A DNA stretch of 59,753 nucleotides from Candidatus Atribacteria bacterium (GTDB lineage: Bacteria; Atribacterota; Phoenicimicrobiia; Phoenicimicrobiales; Stramentimicrobiaceae), in NCBI GenBank assembly GCA_029556475.1, contig JAKQEP010000076.1, positions 1-59,753 on the forward strand, written 5' to 3'. Positions 19,850 to 28,922 of this stretch are shown here, one piece after another. The translations under genes were made by a program, and so were the position numbers. The notes beneath the pieces are model-generated. The model saw only the letters and a list, made by a program, of their open reading frames with translations, had not been told where the DNA came from and ran no database searches. Position 1 is the stretch's first letter, and the number at the start of each line of letters is the position of its first letter.

Positions 19850-20941
19850 CTAATACTTTTTAGCTTCTTCTTCTCCCGTTAAAACTCTTAGTGCCCCCAT
19901 TGCCAATGCTTTCATTTCTTCACTACCCGGGAAAACCATTACCGGTGCAATAAATCCGACCCTTTCTTTAATCCAATTAACAAAGATATTTCCCAGTGCT
20001 CCATTTTCACCTGCCCCATTTCCGGTTATCACTATCCCGTCAACTTCCCCTTTTAATACTGTAGCCATTTCTCCAATACCTTTTGCTATCTGATAAGCCA
20101 TAGCCATATATATTAATTTGGCATTTTCATTACCCTTGGCAATTAATTCTTCTACTTCTAAAGTATTATTTGTACCTAAATAGGCAACAATACCGCCCTT
20201 TCCCATAACTTTATTACACATCTCTTTTAAAGTATATTGACCTGAATAGCACATTTTGATAACAGCCTGGACAGGCAAGCCACCAGAGCGTTCTGGAGAA
20301 AATGGTCCTTCACTGCTGGCATCATTAACATCAATCATTTTACCTTTTTGATGTGCACTGATAGAAATTCCTCCGCCTAAATGGACAACAACTAAATTAA
20401 TCTCTTGATAGGATTTGTCTAATTCTTTAGCTGCTCGTCGGGCCGCCGCTTTTAAACTGAGGGCGTGAGAAAGACTTTGTCTTTCAATTTCAGGAAGGCC
20501 GGAGATTCGGGCGATAGGTTCCATCTCATCCACTGCTACAGGGTCAACTATGAAAGAAGGAACTTTAATTCTCTGAGCAATTTCATAGGCAATTTGAGCA
20601 GCTAAATTTGAAGCATGCTCTATTCTGGGCCTTTCTCGTAATTCTTCCAACATATTTTTATTAATATAGTAAGTGCCGCTGGTTAAAGGACTTAAAATTC
20701 CGCCACGACCAACAATGGCATCAAGTTCTTTCAATAGAATATTGTTCTCTTCTAAAGATTGAAGTATGAGCTGTTCCCTAAATTGGTACTGATCCATAAG
20801 TTTATCAAACTTCTTTAATTCATCTAAACTGTGACGTATGGTTTTTTGGAAAATTTCATTACTTCCCTGGAATACTGAAATAGCAGTAGAAGTCGAACCG
20901 GGATTTATCACCAATACTCTAAAATTTTTTTCCTTCTTCAA
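19850..20941 (-). CDS. buk: Second, divergent butyrate kinase paralog
   Basis: INPGSTST, VGRGG, HASNL, DPVAVDE, HLGGGIS, GPFSPERSG; TTG start after AGGAGG. Confidence 0.9.
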   Translation of the reverse strand: MKKEKNFRVLVINPGSTSTAISVFQGSNEIFQKTIRHSLDELKKFDKLMDQYQFREQLILQSLEENNILLKELDAIVGRGGILSPLTSGTYYINKNMLEELRERPRIEHASNLAAQIAYEIAQRIKVPSFIVDPVAVDEMEPIARISGLPEIERQSLSHALSLKAAARRAAKELDKSYQEINLVVVHLGGGISISAHQKGKMIDVNDASSEGPFSPERSGGLPVQAVIKMCYSGQYTLKEMCNKVMGKGGIVAYLGTNNTLEVEELIAKGNENAKLIYMAMAYQIAKGIGEMATVLKGEVDGIVITGNGAGENGALGNIFVNWIKERVGFIAPVMVFPGSEEMKALAMGALRVLTGEEEAKKY

Positions 20942-20983
20942 ATTAACCTCCTATCCTATAAATTATCTAAATATAATATATAA

Positions 20984-20998
20984 GCAATTTTTATGCCA
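20984..20998 (-). promoter_or_regulatory. Sigma54 (-24/-12) promoter of the buk-ptb-buk-vor operon
   Basis: TGGCAT-AAAAA-TTGC matches consensus TGGCAC-N5-TTGC; 43 nt upstream of buk, next to a sigma54 activator gene. Confidence 0.88.
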
Positions 20999-21001
20999 AA
21001 T

Positions 21002-21030
21002 AAAAAAAGACCTTTTCACAAAAGGTCTTT
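21002..21030 (-). terminator. Intrinsic terminator downstream of the activator gene
   Basis: AAAGACCTTTT-CAC-AAAAGGTCTTT hairpin running into a U7 tract on the minus strand. Confidence 0.75.
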
Positions 21031-21138
21031 ATGTCCAATCTCCCCCTTTTTACACCTATTTAATATAGACATTACTCTAATAGTAAATGGAAATAAGGGT
21101 AACAAAATATATTTCTCTTATAATTCATATTTTGAAAT

Positions 21139-21166
21139 AAATTGCACATTATTGCAATTTAATGCA
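21139..21166. promoter_or_regulatory. Candidate upstream activator (enhancer) site
   Basis: Palindrome AAATTGCA-N6-TGCAATTT plus a third TGCA at 10-bp period, ~140-170 bp upstream of the -24 box. Confidence 0.6.
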
Positions 21167-21215
21167 TTTTAATAGAATTTTTCTATTTAACAGTTTGTCA
21201 GGACATCTGTTTTAA

Positions 21216-22697
21216 TTAATGACTTTTGAAATCATAAACCTTCTTAATCTTATATTTGCTCATCTTATAGTATAGTGTTCTTATACTGATTCCTAAAAAA
21301 TTTGCAACTTTTTGATAATCACCTTTAAAAGCTCTGAGTGCTTCGATAATAGCATTCTTTTCAATTTCCCCCTTCATATTTTTTAGTCCACCAGTTTTGA
21401 TTTCACCATCAGTCTCAACTTTCTGCTCAGCATTAAACCCTTCCTGTTCTTCTACTTTTTTTCTATTTAAACTTATATATTCAGGAAGATGAATCTGTTT
21501 TAAAACATTGTCCTGTACTCTCATATTTATTACTGCTCTTTCAATTACATTTTCCAGTTCTCTGATATTACCAGGCCAGGAATAGCTAGACAACAAATCA
21601 ATTACTTCCTGAGAAACATCTTTTATGTTTCTGCCGAATTCCTGATTACATTTCCTGACAATATTTTGTACCAGTAAGGGAATATCTTCTTTTCTCTCCC
21701 TTAAAGGAGGGATGAGTATGGGAACAACATATAACCGATAATATAGATCTTCTCTAAAAAGGCCTTTCTGTACTGCTTCGTCCAGATTAATATTGGTTGC
21801 TGAGATAATTCTTACATCTACAATGATGGGTTCATTACTGCCGATTCTAACAATTTCCTTTTCTTGTAACACCCTTAAAATTTTAGCCTGCAAATTCAAA
21901 CTCATCATACCAATTTCATCCAAAAATATGGTACCACGATCTGCTTCTTCAAAAAGACCTTTACGCCCTTTTTTGCTGGCACCAGTAAACGCTCCACTTT
22001 CATAACCAAAAAGCTCGCTCTCCAGTAATGTATCTGTTAATGCAGAACAATTAACTCTAATAAATTGACGATTTTTTCTGGAACTATGATTATGAATGGC
22101 ATGGGCAAAAAGTTCTTTACCAGTTCCACTTTCTCCATGTAATAATACTGTAGCCGGGGTATTAGCTGCTTTAATAGCTTGCTCTTTGGCAATAATCATA
22201 GCTCTGCTTTTACCTACAATATCATCAAAAGTATATTTAGCCTCCAAATGACGAACTCTTTTTTTAACCTGATTTAATTCTTCTGTCAAACTTCTTATTT
22301 CGGAAAGGTCATGAATTATTGCCACGCTTCCTTTTAGAACTCCATCAACGATTACCGGTGCCACATTTACTATAACTTCTTTCTTGTTGGGGCCTACCTT
22401 CATTTTTACACCATAAACAGGCTCTTTTGTTTTTAAAACTTTCATATGCATACTTTCTCCCTCAGCTATATCAATATTGGAAGATTGCCCTAATACATCC
22501 TTTTCGGTTAATCCTATCAATCTGGTATAGGCGTCATTTACCAAAGTGTGTATACCTTTTTCATTCACCACCGAAATAGCATCACCGGTAGAATTGATAA
22601 TAGCCTTCAGGGTACTCAAAATCTCTTTTTGTTTATGCACTTCCCTGAGCAGAAACTTGTTAATAATATTATCTTTTTTATCCATTCTTCTATTCAT
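21216..22697 (-). CDS. PAS-domain sigma54-dependent enhancer-binding protein (BkdR/RocR-like)
   Basis: PAS, GESGTGKE, ESELFGYESGAFTGA, FLDEIG, FREDLYYRL, WPGNIRELEN, C-terminal HTH. Start probably ATG 22697 or 22685, at the recN stop (ORF track 22733). Confidence 0.92.
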   Translation of the reverse strand: MNRRMDKKDNIINKFLLREVHKQKEILSTLKAIINSTGDAISVVNEKGIHTLVNDAYTRLIGLTEKDVLGQSSNIDIAEGESMHMKVLKTKEPVYGVKMKVGPNKKEVIVNVAPVIVDGVLKGSVAIIHDLSEIRSLTEELNQVKKRVRHLEAKYTFDDIVGKSRAMIIAKEQAIKAANTPATVLLHGESGTGKELFAHAIHNHSSRKNRQFIRVNCSALTDTLLESELFGYESGAFTGASKKGRKGLFEEADRGTIFLDEIGMMSLNLQAKILRVLQEKEIVRIGSNEPIIVDVRIISATNINLDEAVQKGLFREDLYYRLYVVPILIPPLRERKEDIPLLVQNIVRKCNQEFGRNIKDVSQEVIDLLSSYSWPGNIRELENVIERAVINMRVQDNVLKQIHLPEYISLNRKKVEEQEGFNAEQKVETDGEIKTGGLKNMKGEIEKNAIIEALRAFKGDYQKVANFLGISIRTLYYKMSKYKIKKVYDFKSH

Positions 22698-24420
22698 CAC
22701 CCTTCTGGTGTAACATTTTTTCAGCATGTTCAATGCTTATAGAGCCATACTTATCTCCATCAAGCATCCGGGCAATTTCATAGAGCTGCTCATCTCCTGC
22801 TAATTTCTTTATAGACAGGATAGTTTTATTTAGAGATACATACTTGCTTATATAGAGATGTTGGTTTGCCTGACAGGCAATCTGAGGTAGATGAGTAACC
22901 GCGATAACCTGATGGTTTTGAGCAATCTTTGCTAATTTCCGAGCTATAATGGCACCCAGACGGGCACCTACTCCACTGTCAATTTCATCAAAGATCATTA
23001 TAGGTATCTGGTCTGCTTTGCTTAGGATAGATTTTAGCCCTAACATAATTCTGGAAACCTCTCCTCCCGATACAATATCTGTTAAAGGCTTTATCTTTTC
23101 TCCAACATTAGTAGAAATAAAAAATTCAACCCGGTCAATTCCATCTTGAGTAACCTTAAACATTTTATCTGCAATGGGCAAACCATTCTTATCTTCCTGT
23201 TGTTCAATTTTGATTACAAAATTACAGTTTTTCATATTTAGCTCTGCTAATTCCAGTATAATATCCTGTTCTAATTTTCTGGCAATTGATTTTCGCTGGC
23301 TGCTTAATTCTAAAGATAACTCAATCAATATCTTTTCCTCTACCTCAATCTCTTTTTTTAACTTTTCCATCTTTATCTCATCATCTTCAATTGAACTTAA
23401 TTCTTTTTGCAAATTATCATTGTACTTAAGTATATCCTCGATCTTTGACCCATATTTGTGCTTCAGATGATTAATCAAATTCAGGCGTTCTTCAATTTCC
23501 TGTAATTGATAGACATCCAGATCTATTTTTTCTTTATACTCCAGTATCTGAGAAGAGATATCTTCTATTTTTAATTGTACTTCTGATAGTTGTTCTTTGA
23601 TATTATTTATCTTATGGTCCAAATTGGAAATATTGTCAAAACTGCTAATCAATCTGGCTAAAAGATCAAGAATGGGAATTTCTTCTATACTATTACCATC
23701 AAATAAAACATCATATGCCTTTTCTGTAACTTCTTTAATTTTAGCTTTATGACGAATTATATTTACTATTTCTTCTAATTCCTGGTCTTCTCCATTTTTT
23801 AATTTCGCCTGCTCTATTTCTTTAAGCTGGTAGAGCAGATAATCCTTTTTTGATAAGGTTTCTGAATGTTTTTCTTTTATTTCTTCCAATATTTTTTTCT
23901 TTGTTTGCCACTGTTTGTAATGATTATAAAATTTCTCTTTTTTTTCCGAGAAAAGCCCGTTTTCAAAGCTATCAACAAAATCAATATGAAATAGAGGGTT
24001 CAATAATGATTGATGGCTATGTTGACCATGTAGGTCTATTAGATAATTGCCAATTTCCTGAAGAACAGAAAGGGTAACCAGTTGATTGTTTATGAAACAC
24101 TTGCTCCTTCTGGACTGGTGTATTTCTCTTCTTATAATTAATTGATTATCCAGAAAAGTTGTTGGGTTTATATCCTGTAATTCCTGTAATTGTTTTCGGG
24201 ATATTGCATCAAGATAAAATAAGGCTTCAATTTCCAAACATTCTTTATCATTTTTAGACCAATTTTGACTGATCGGAGAACCTAAAATTACATTTATAGC
24301 TTCTATAATCATTGATTTCCCGGCTCCGGTTTCCCCGGTAATAACATTCAGCCCTTTTTCAAATTCAACACTTAATTCATCGATTAAGGCAAAATTTTTT
24401 ATATGGAGATAGTTAAGCAT
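22690..24420 (-). CDS. recN: DNA repair protein RecN
   Basis: TGETGAGKS, HGQH, long coiled coil, SGGEVSR, FDEIDSG, VTHLPQIA, EIARML. Confidence 0.97.
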   Translation of the reverse strand: MLNYLHIKNFALIDELSVEFEKGLNVITGETGAGKSMIIEAINVILGSPISQNWSKNDKECLEIEALFYLDAISRKQLQELQDINPTTFLDNQLIIRREIHQSRRSKCFINNQLVTLSVLQEIGNYLIDLHGQHSHQSLLNPLFHIDFVDSFENGLFSEKKEKFYNHYKQWQTKKKILEEIKEKHSETLSKKDYLLYQLKEIEQAKLKNGEDQELEEIVNIIRHKAKIKEVTEKAYDVLFDGNSIEEIPILDLLARLISSFDNISNLDHKINNIKEQLSEVQLKIEDISSQILEYKEKIDLDVYQLQEIEERLNLINHLKHKYGSKIEDILKYNDNLQKELSSIEDDEIKMEKLKKEIEVEEKILIELSLELSSQRKSIARKLEQDIILELAELNMKNCNFVIKIEQQEDKNGLPIADKMFKVTQDGIDRVEFFISTNVGEKIKPLTDIVSGGEVSRIMLGLKSILSKADQIPIMIFDEIDSGVGARLGAIIARKLAKIAQNHQVIAVTHLPQIACQANQHLYISKYVSLNKTILSIKKLAGDEQLYEIARMLDGDKYGSISIEHAEKMLHQKGDE

Positions 24421-24423
24421 ACA

Positions 24424-25323
24424 TTAAGGCCTTTCTTTATCTTCTGATATATTAGGTAAAACTCTGCCACTCCATTTTAATTTTTTCCTTAAAACACTAA
24501 AAAAACTTTTTCCAGGGAAAGTTACCAATTGAGTCTTATACTTAGATTCCTGAACCAGGATAACGTCATTTTCTTTTAAGTTAAAACCCTCCTGCCCATC
24601 AACTGTTAACATTACTTCCTGACCTTTCGAACGAATGATTAACTTAATTATATCCTTATGGTGAACAACCAGAGATCTTGCCGAAAGAGTATGGGGGCAA
24701 ATGGGAGTAATAATTATATTTTTTAAATCAGGGTAAATGATAGGACCACCGGCTGAAAGAGAATAAGCTGTAGAACCTGTAGAAGTAGATATGATTAAAC
24801 CGTCCGCGGCATATTGAATTGCATACTCTTCATTTATGTACATATCTAAATCAATCAATCTGGCAAATAATTTTTTTGCAACTACAACATCATTGAGACA
24901 ATAGAATTTTTCTTTCTTTTGACCTTCTCTCTCAATAAATCCCGATAACATCATTCTTTCCTCAATTTGATAATTATTGTTTAAAATATAAGGAAGATAG
25001 ATATCTATTTCTTCTTGACCAATCTGAGTTAAAAAACCCAGACCGCCTAAATTTACTCCACAGACCGGAATTTTGTACGGTGAAGCCAATCTTGCTGCCT
25101 TCAACATTGTTCCATCCCCACCCAGAGAAAAGAACATGTCCAAATCTTGATAAGGCTCGCTAAGTAGATGTATTTTTTTTGATTCATTTATCTGAAAGAT
25201 GATATTTTCAGGTAGATAGACCTCTATATTTTTCTCATTTAAGGTGCCGATTATCTTTTTTGTAACTCTCAGATTTTTATCTTTTTCTTCGTTTACGATT
25301 ATTCCTGTTTTTCTAATCTTCAT
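24424..25323 (-). CDS. nadK: NAD(+) kinase
   Basis: GGDGT, NLGGLGFL, LND, DGLIISTSTGSTAYSLSAGGP. Confidence 0.96.
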   Translation of the reverse strand: MKIRKTGIIVNEEKDKNLRVTKKIIGTLNEKNIEVYLPENIIFQINESKKIHLLSEPYQDLDMFFSLGGDGTMLKAARLASPYKIPVCGVNLGGLGFLTQIGQEEIDIYLPYILNNNYQIEERMMLSGFIEREGQKKEKFYCLNDVVVAKKLFARLIDLDMYINEEYAIQYAADGLIISTSTGSTAYSLSAGGPIIYPDLKNIIITPICPHTLSARSLVVHHKDIIKLIIRSKGQEVMLTVDGQEGFNLKENDVILVQESKYKTQLVTFPGKSFFSVLRKKLKWSGRVLPNISEDKERP

Positions 25324-25338
25324 CTATTTCCCCTTATA

Positions 25339-25884
25339 TTATTTTAAAACAAAAACATACATTCCTAACAAGGAAATCAACATTCCTAACAAAAAGAAAA
25401 TAATATTTTCGACTAATTTGAAATGAAAGTAGGGAAGCTGAAATCTTATTTCGGAAAATTTTTTGGTATCCATATCGAATAGCATAATCCCATACGGCTG
25501 ATAGGCTAAGAAATATTCTAATAATTGTCTTCTAGTCTCTCTTTTAGTTATTTTATTTTTAGAACCACTCTTCACCTCAACCACATAAGTACGGCCATTT
25601 TTTTTTACCAATAAATCGATTCTTATCAGATAGCGATGAAGAACTGCACTCTCTTTTATGATGAGTGGTTTACTTATTTGCCTGTCAATAATCTGAAAAC
25701 CGTTTTTTTTAAGCAATTCTTCGGCCTTTTTTTCGGCACGTTTACTGATTACTGCCCTTCTGGTTGCCTTTTTGCTGCTGAGACTATTTTTTATTTTGAG
25801 ATATAGAACGAGGGAAAGAATACCTCCTAACAATAACATAACTATAAACAGATACAATTCTTTATTTTTAATCATAAAAAACAA
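25339..25884 (-). CDS. Hypothetical membrane protein with a PD-(D/E)xK nuclease-like domain
   Basis: N- and C-terminal hydrophobic helices flank AEKKAEELL..NG, RIDLLV, VVEVKSG and RQLLEY. Confidence 0.65.
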   Translation of the reverse strand: MFFMIKNKELYLFIVMLLLGGILSLVLYLKIKNSLSSKKATRRAVISKRAEKKAEELLKKNGFQIIDRQISKPLIIKESAVLHRYLIRIDLLVKKNGRTYVVEVKSGSKNKITKRETRRQLLEYFLAYQPYGIMLFDMDTKKFSEIRFQLPYFHFKLVENIIFFLLGMLISLLGMYVFVLK

Positions 25885-25929
25885 TGATACTACTATACCT
25901 GTAAAGGAGTAAATTTCATAAAAGAAATG

Positions 25930-26763
25930 CTAAACATGAGTTTCCTTGGCAAAAAAATAGTGATGGGCTTCATCTACAATCTTTTTGAGCAAATTAATAT
26001 TTGCATCAGATAAATTATCTTTCCCTATTTTTTTTTCTAAATAAAGGAAATATTCTATGTTGCCAGGAGAATTTTTTATAGGAGAAAAGGTCATATTTAG
26101 TAAATGGAATTGATTTTTTATTTTTTCTAAAAGCTTACTGATTACCTCCTTATGAACCTCTGGGTCATCCACGATTCCGCCCTTTTTTACCAATACTCTA
26201 CCCGCTTCAAATTGTGGTTTTACTAAAGCAATAACCTCTCCATTGTCTTTTAATAATTCAGCTAATACAGGAAGAACCTTTTCTAAGGAGATAAAGGAGA
26301 CATCGACAGTGGCTAAATCAAACAGAAAATTAAATCTATTCTTTTGTAGATATCTAATATTGGTCTTTTCCAAATTTGTTACCCTATCATCCTGACGTAA
26401 AGCCCAATCAAGTTGACCATAGCCCACATCCACACAATATACCTCTTCAGCACCATATTTAAGCAGGCAATCGGTAAACCCACCGGTGGAAGCTCCTACA
26501 TCTATAACTATCTTTCCATTGACATCCACTTCAAATTCAGTTAAGGCTTTTTTAAGCTTAAATCCACCTCTGCTAACAAAAGGGTAATTATCTTTTTCTA
26601 TATTTATTTTACTTTCTATATTACATCTGGTACCAGCTTTGTTTATTATTATTCCATTCACTTTTACCAGATTAGCCATAATATATCTTTTAGCTTTCTC
26701 TCGAGAATCAGTTAATCCCATATCAACTAATAATTTATCCAACCGTTCTTTTTTTATCATCAT
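25930..26763 (-). CDS. tlyA: TlyA family rRNA 2'-O-methyltransferase
   Basis: S4 domain, VSRGGFKL, DVGASTGGFTD, DVGYGQL, DVSFISL, KPQFE, GNIEY. Confidence 0.96.
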   Translation of the reverse strand: MMIKKERLDKLLVDMGLTDSREKAKRYIMANLVKVNGIIINKAGTRCNIESKINIEKDNYPFVSRGGFKLKKALTEFEVDVNGKIVIDVGASTGGFTDCLLKYGAEEVYCVDVGYGQLDWALRQDDRVTNLEKTNIRYLQKNRFNFLFDLATVDVSFISLEKVLPVLAELLKDNGEVIALVKPQFEAGRVLVKKGGIVDDPEVHKEVISKLLEKIKNQFHLLNMTFSPIKNSPGNIEYFLYLEKKIGKDNLSDANINLLKKIVDEAHHYFFAKETHV

Positions 26764-26788
26764 TTAAATATCATAATAAAACTAATAA

Positions 26789-27391
26789 TTATTTTTTAAG
26801 CCAGCTTTCATCTCGCTCCAGAGGAATGCTGGTATCAACGTGGCCTACCAAAGTCTCTCCGCTATTCCCATCAACAAGTATTTGTACTTTGTTAATTTCA
26901 GGGAAAGAAGTTAAAGTCATTACTATGGAATAAACTGTCAATAATTCCCCTGTACTTCCACCTGGATGGTTCTTTATTACTTCTGAGGAAAGATCGATAT
27001 AGGCAATACCATCACCAATATACAAACCATTAACTCTGGTAGTAGAGGGTATAGTGGGGTAAAGCTCACTGCTTGACGGACCCTTAATAAGCTCTATTAT
27101 TGCCTGTTTGGCTATTCCCTCAACTATCTTTATCTTTCTATATTCGGGAACCAGGTATTGCGCATTTCCATCGGCAAAATATAACACAATCTGTTCTTCC
27201 CCAACTACATCAGATGGGGGTGTCAACTCAATTTCTTCCTTTGTTTCTTCTATTTTAGGCACCCTTTTTTCCAGGATTAAAGGGATAATAAATTTTTGCA
27301 TTAGAAAGATGATAATAACCAATAAAATAACCAATACTGCAAAGTCAATTATTGATTTAAAAGAATTTTTTTTCTTTCTTCTTCTCGCCAT
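26789..27391 (-). CDS. Membrane-anchored GerMN domain protein
   Basis: Basic N-terminus plus TM, LYFAD..LVPE, LIKGP, YSIVMTLT.F..I..VQILVDG. Confidence 0.88.
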   Translation of the reverse strand: MARRRKKKNSFKSIIDFAVLVILLVIIIFLMQKFIIPLILEKRVPKIEETKEEIELTPPSDVVGEEQIVLYFADGNAQYLVPEYRKIKIVEGIAKQAIIELIKGPSSSELYPTIPSTTRVNGLYIGDGIAYIDLSSEVIKNHPGGSTGELLTVYSIVMTLTSFPEINKVQILVDGNSGETLVGHVDTSIPLERDESWLKK

Positions 27392-27404
27392 TTCAAGCCT
27401 CTGT

Positions 27405-28922
27405 TTAAATATTATCAGGAATATTTTTTACATAATCCTTTATTGACCGGGTAAGAGCCTGGGCTACTTTTTCTCTGAATTCAGGCGTTTTTAACAGCTT
27501 CTCCTCATTGGGATTGGAGATGAAACCAACCTCAATCAGCACAGCAGCCATATTCACCCCTTTTAAAACAATAAAAGGAGCTTGTTTAACGCCTCTATTA
27601 GTCAAACCAGTATTTCGTACTATGTTTCCCTGAACTATTTTAGCAAACTCCGTACTAAATCTTATATTTACACTTTCCCCCAAATCATAAAGGATTTTAT
27701 TTAATAGATCCGTTTCTTGATGATAGAATTGACTTGCTCTATTTTCTCGGTCAGCAACATCTTTAGCTGATGCATCAGAAGCATATTTCGAATTTAAAAA
27801 ATAAGTCTCAATTCCTTTAGCAGTAGGGGAACCTTTTTGTATAGCTGAATTGGTATGAATACTAATAAACACAGTTGCCTCTTTCTCCATAGCAATTAAT
27901 GGTCTCTTTTCCAATGGAACATCAACATCTTTTTCCCTAGTAAGATAAACTTTGAAACCATTTTCTTGTAATAATTTCTTCGCCCTTAAGGCAATATCAA
28001 GAACTATATCTTTTTCCTTCAGTCCTCCTGGCCCGATTGCTCCAGGCTGATTACCTCCATGTCCTGGATCTAATACAATAACATAATCGGTATTCTTTTG
28101 AACACCTTCTGTTAACGTTTCTGATTGAATTTCAGTTTGAGAAACAATGTCCATCTGACTCAGGGGAGCAAATATATCTACTACTATACGTTCTGGTGAA
28201 GATAAATTGAATACTTCAAATTCATATTTCCCTTTTAAATCTGCAACAATACGTACTTTTTCGGGAGTAAACTGACCACTTCTTACTCTTTTCACCAATA
28301 AATCATCAACATTTAATTCTTCTTCTTTTTTATTCAATTGCTTCAGAGTGGCATCAATATCAACTACTAATCTTTCAGGTTCTTTTAGGGTTAGAACATG
28401 ATAGGAACTCTTTTCTGATATATCAATAACTATCCTGGTTTTATCCGGATGAGAAAAACTACGAATAGAAGTTACCTGAGGTTTATGACTGGTAATAATT
28501 ATTTCTTTTGAAGCTTGGTTCCATTCAGTCTCTACTTCAGTCAACAACTGTAATACTTCCAAAGGAATCATAACCCTATTTTCAATTATAGAAGGAGCAT
28601 TCTCCAGAATCACTTTTTTCCCATTAAGCTCAGCCTCTAAACTATCTATAACCAGGCTCACCTTTTTCTTTCCTAATTCAAGATTTAATAATTTCAGAAC
28701 AGGAAACCAGGTGATCCTTCCATTCAAGGCCTCAATTACATCCCGGGCTGGTAAAAAAATATGACCGTTCATTACCACTGGCGATACATTAGTAGGTATT
28801 ACTATATCATTCAAGGTAAGTTGCACGTCATTCTGTTCTGCTAAAATGATTTTATATGGTACAAAAAAAAGTAAAATGATGAAAGAAATTATGGCAGCTA
28901 TATAATAATACTTCTTTAACAA
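27405..28922 (-). CDS. N-acetylmuramoyl-L-alanine amidase (copper-amine-oxidase-N/stalk + AMIN + Amidase_3)
   Basis: Signal peptide, TRIVID/PERLVVD AMIN motifs, LDPGHGG, EKD, SIHTNS, LIEVGFISN. Confidence 0.92.
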   Translation of the reverse strand: MLKKYYYIAAIISFIILLFFVPYKIILAEQNDVQLTLNDIVIPTNVSPVVMNGHIFLPARDVIEALNGRITWFPVLKLLNLELGKKKVSLVIDSLEAELNGKKVILENAPSIIENRVMIPLEVLQLLTEVETEWNQASKEIIITSHKPQVTSIRSFSHPDKTRIVIDISEKSSYHVLTLKEPERLVVDIDATLKQLNKKEEELNVDDLLVKRVRSGQFTPEKVRIVADLKGKYEFEVFNLSSPERIVVDIFAPLSQMDIVSQTEIQSETLTEGVQKNTDYVIVLDPGHGGNQPGAIGPGGLKEKDIVLDIALRAKKLLQENGFKVYLTREKDVDVPLEKRPLIAMEKEATVFISIHTNSAIQKGSPTAKGIETYFLNSKYASDASAKDVADRENRASQFYHQETDLLNKILYDLGESVNIRFSTEFAKIVQGNIVRNTGLTNRGVKQAPFIVLKGVNMAAVLIEVGFISNPNEEKLLKTPEFREKVAQALTRSIKDYVKNIPDNI

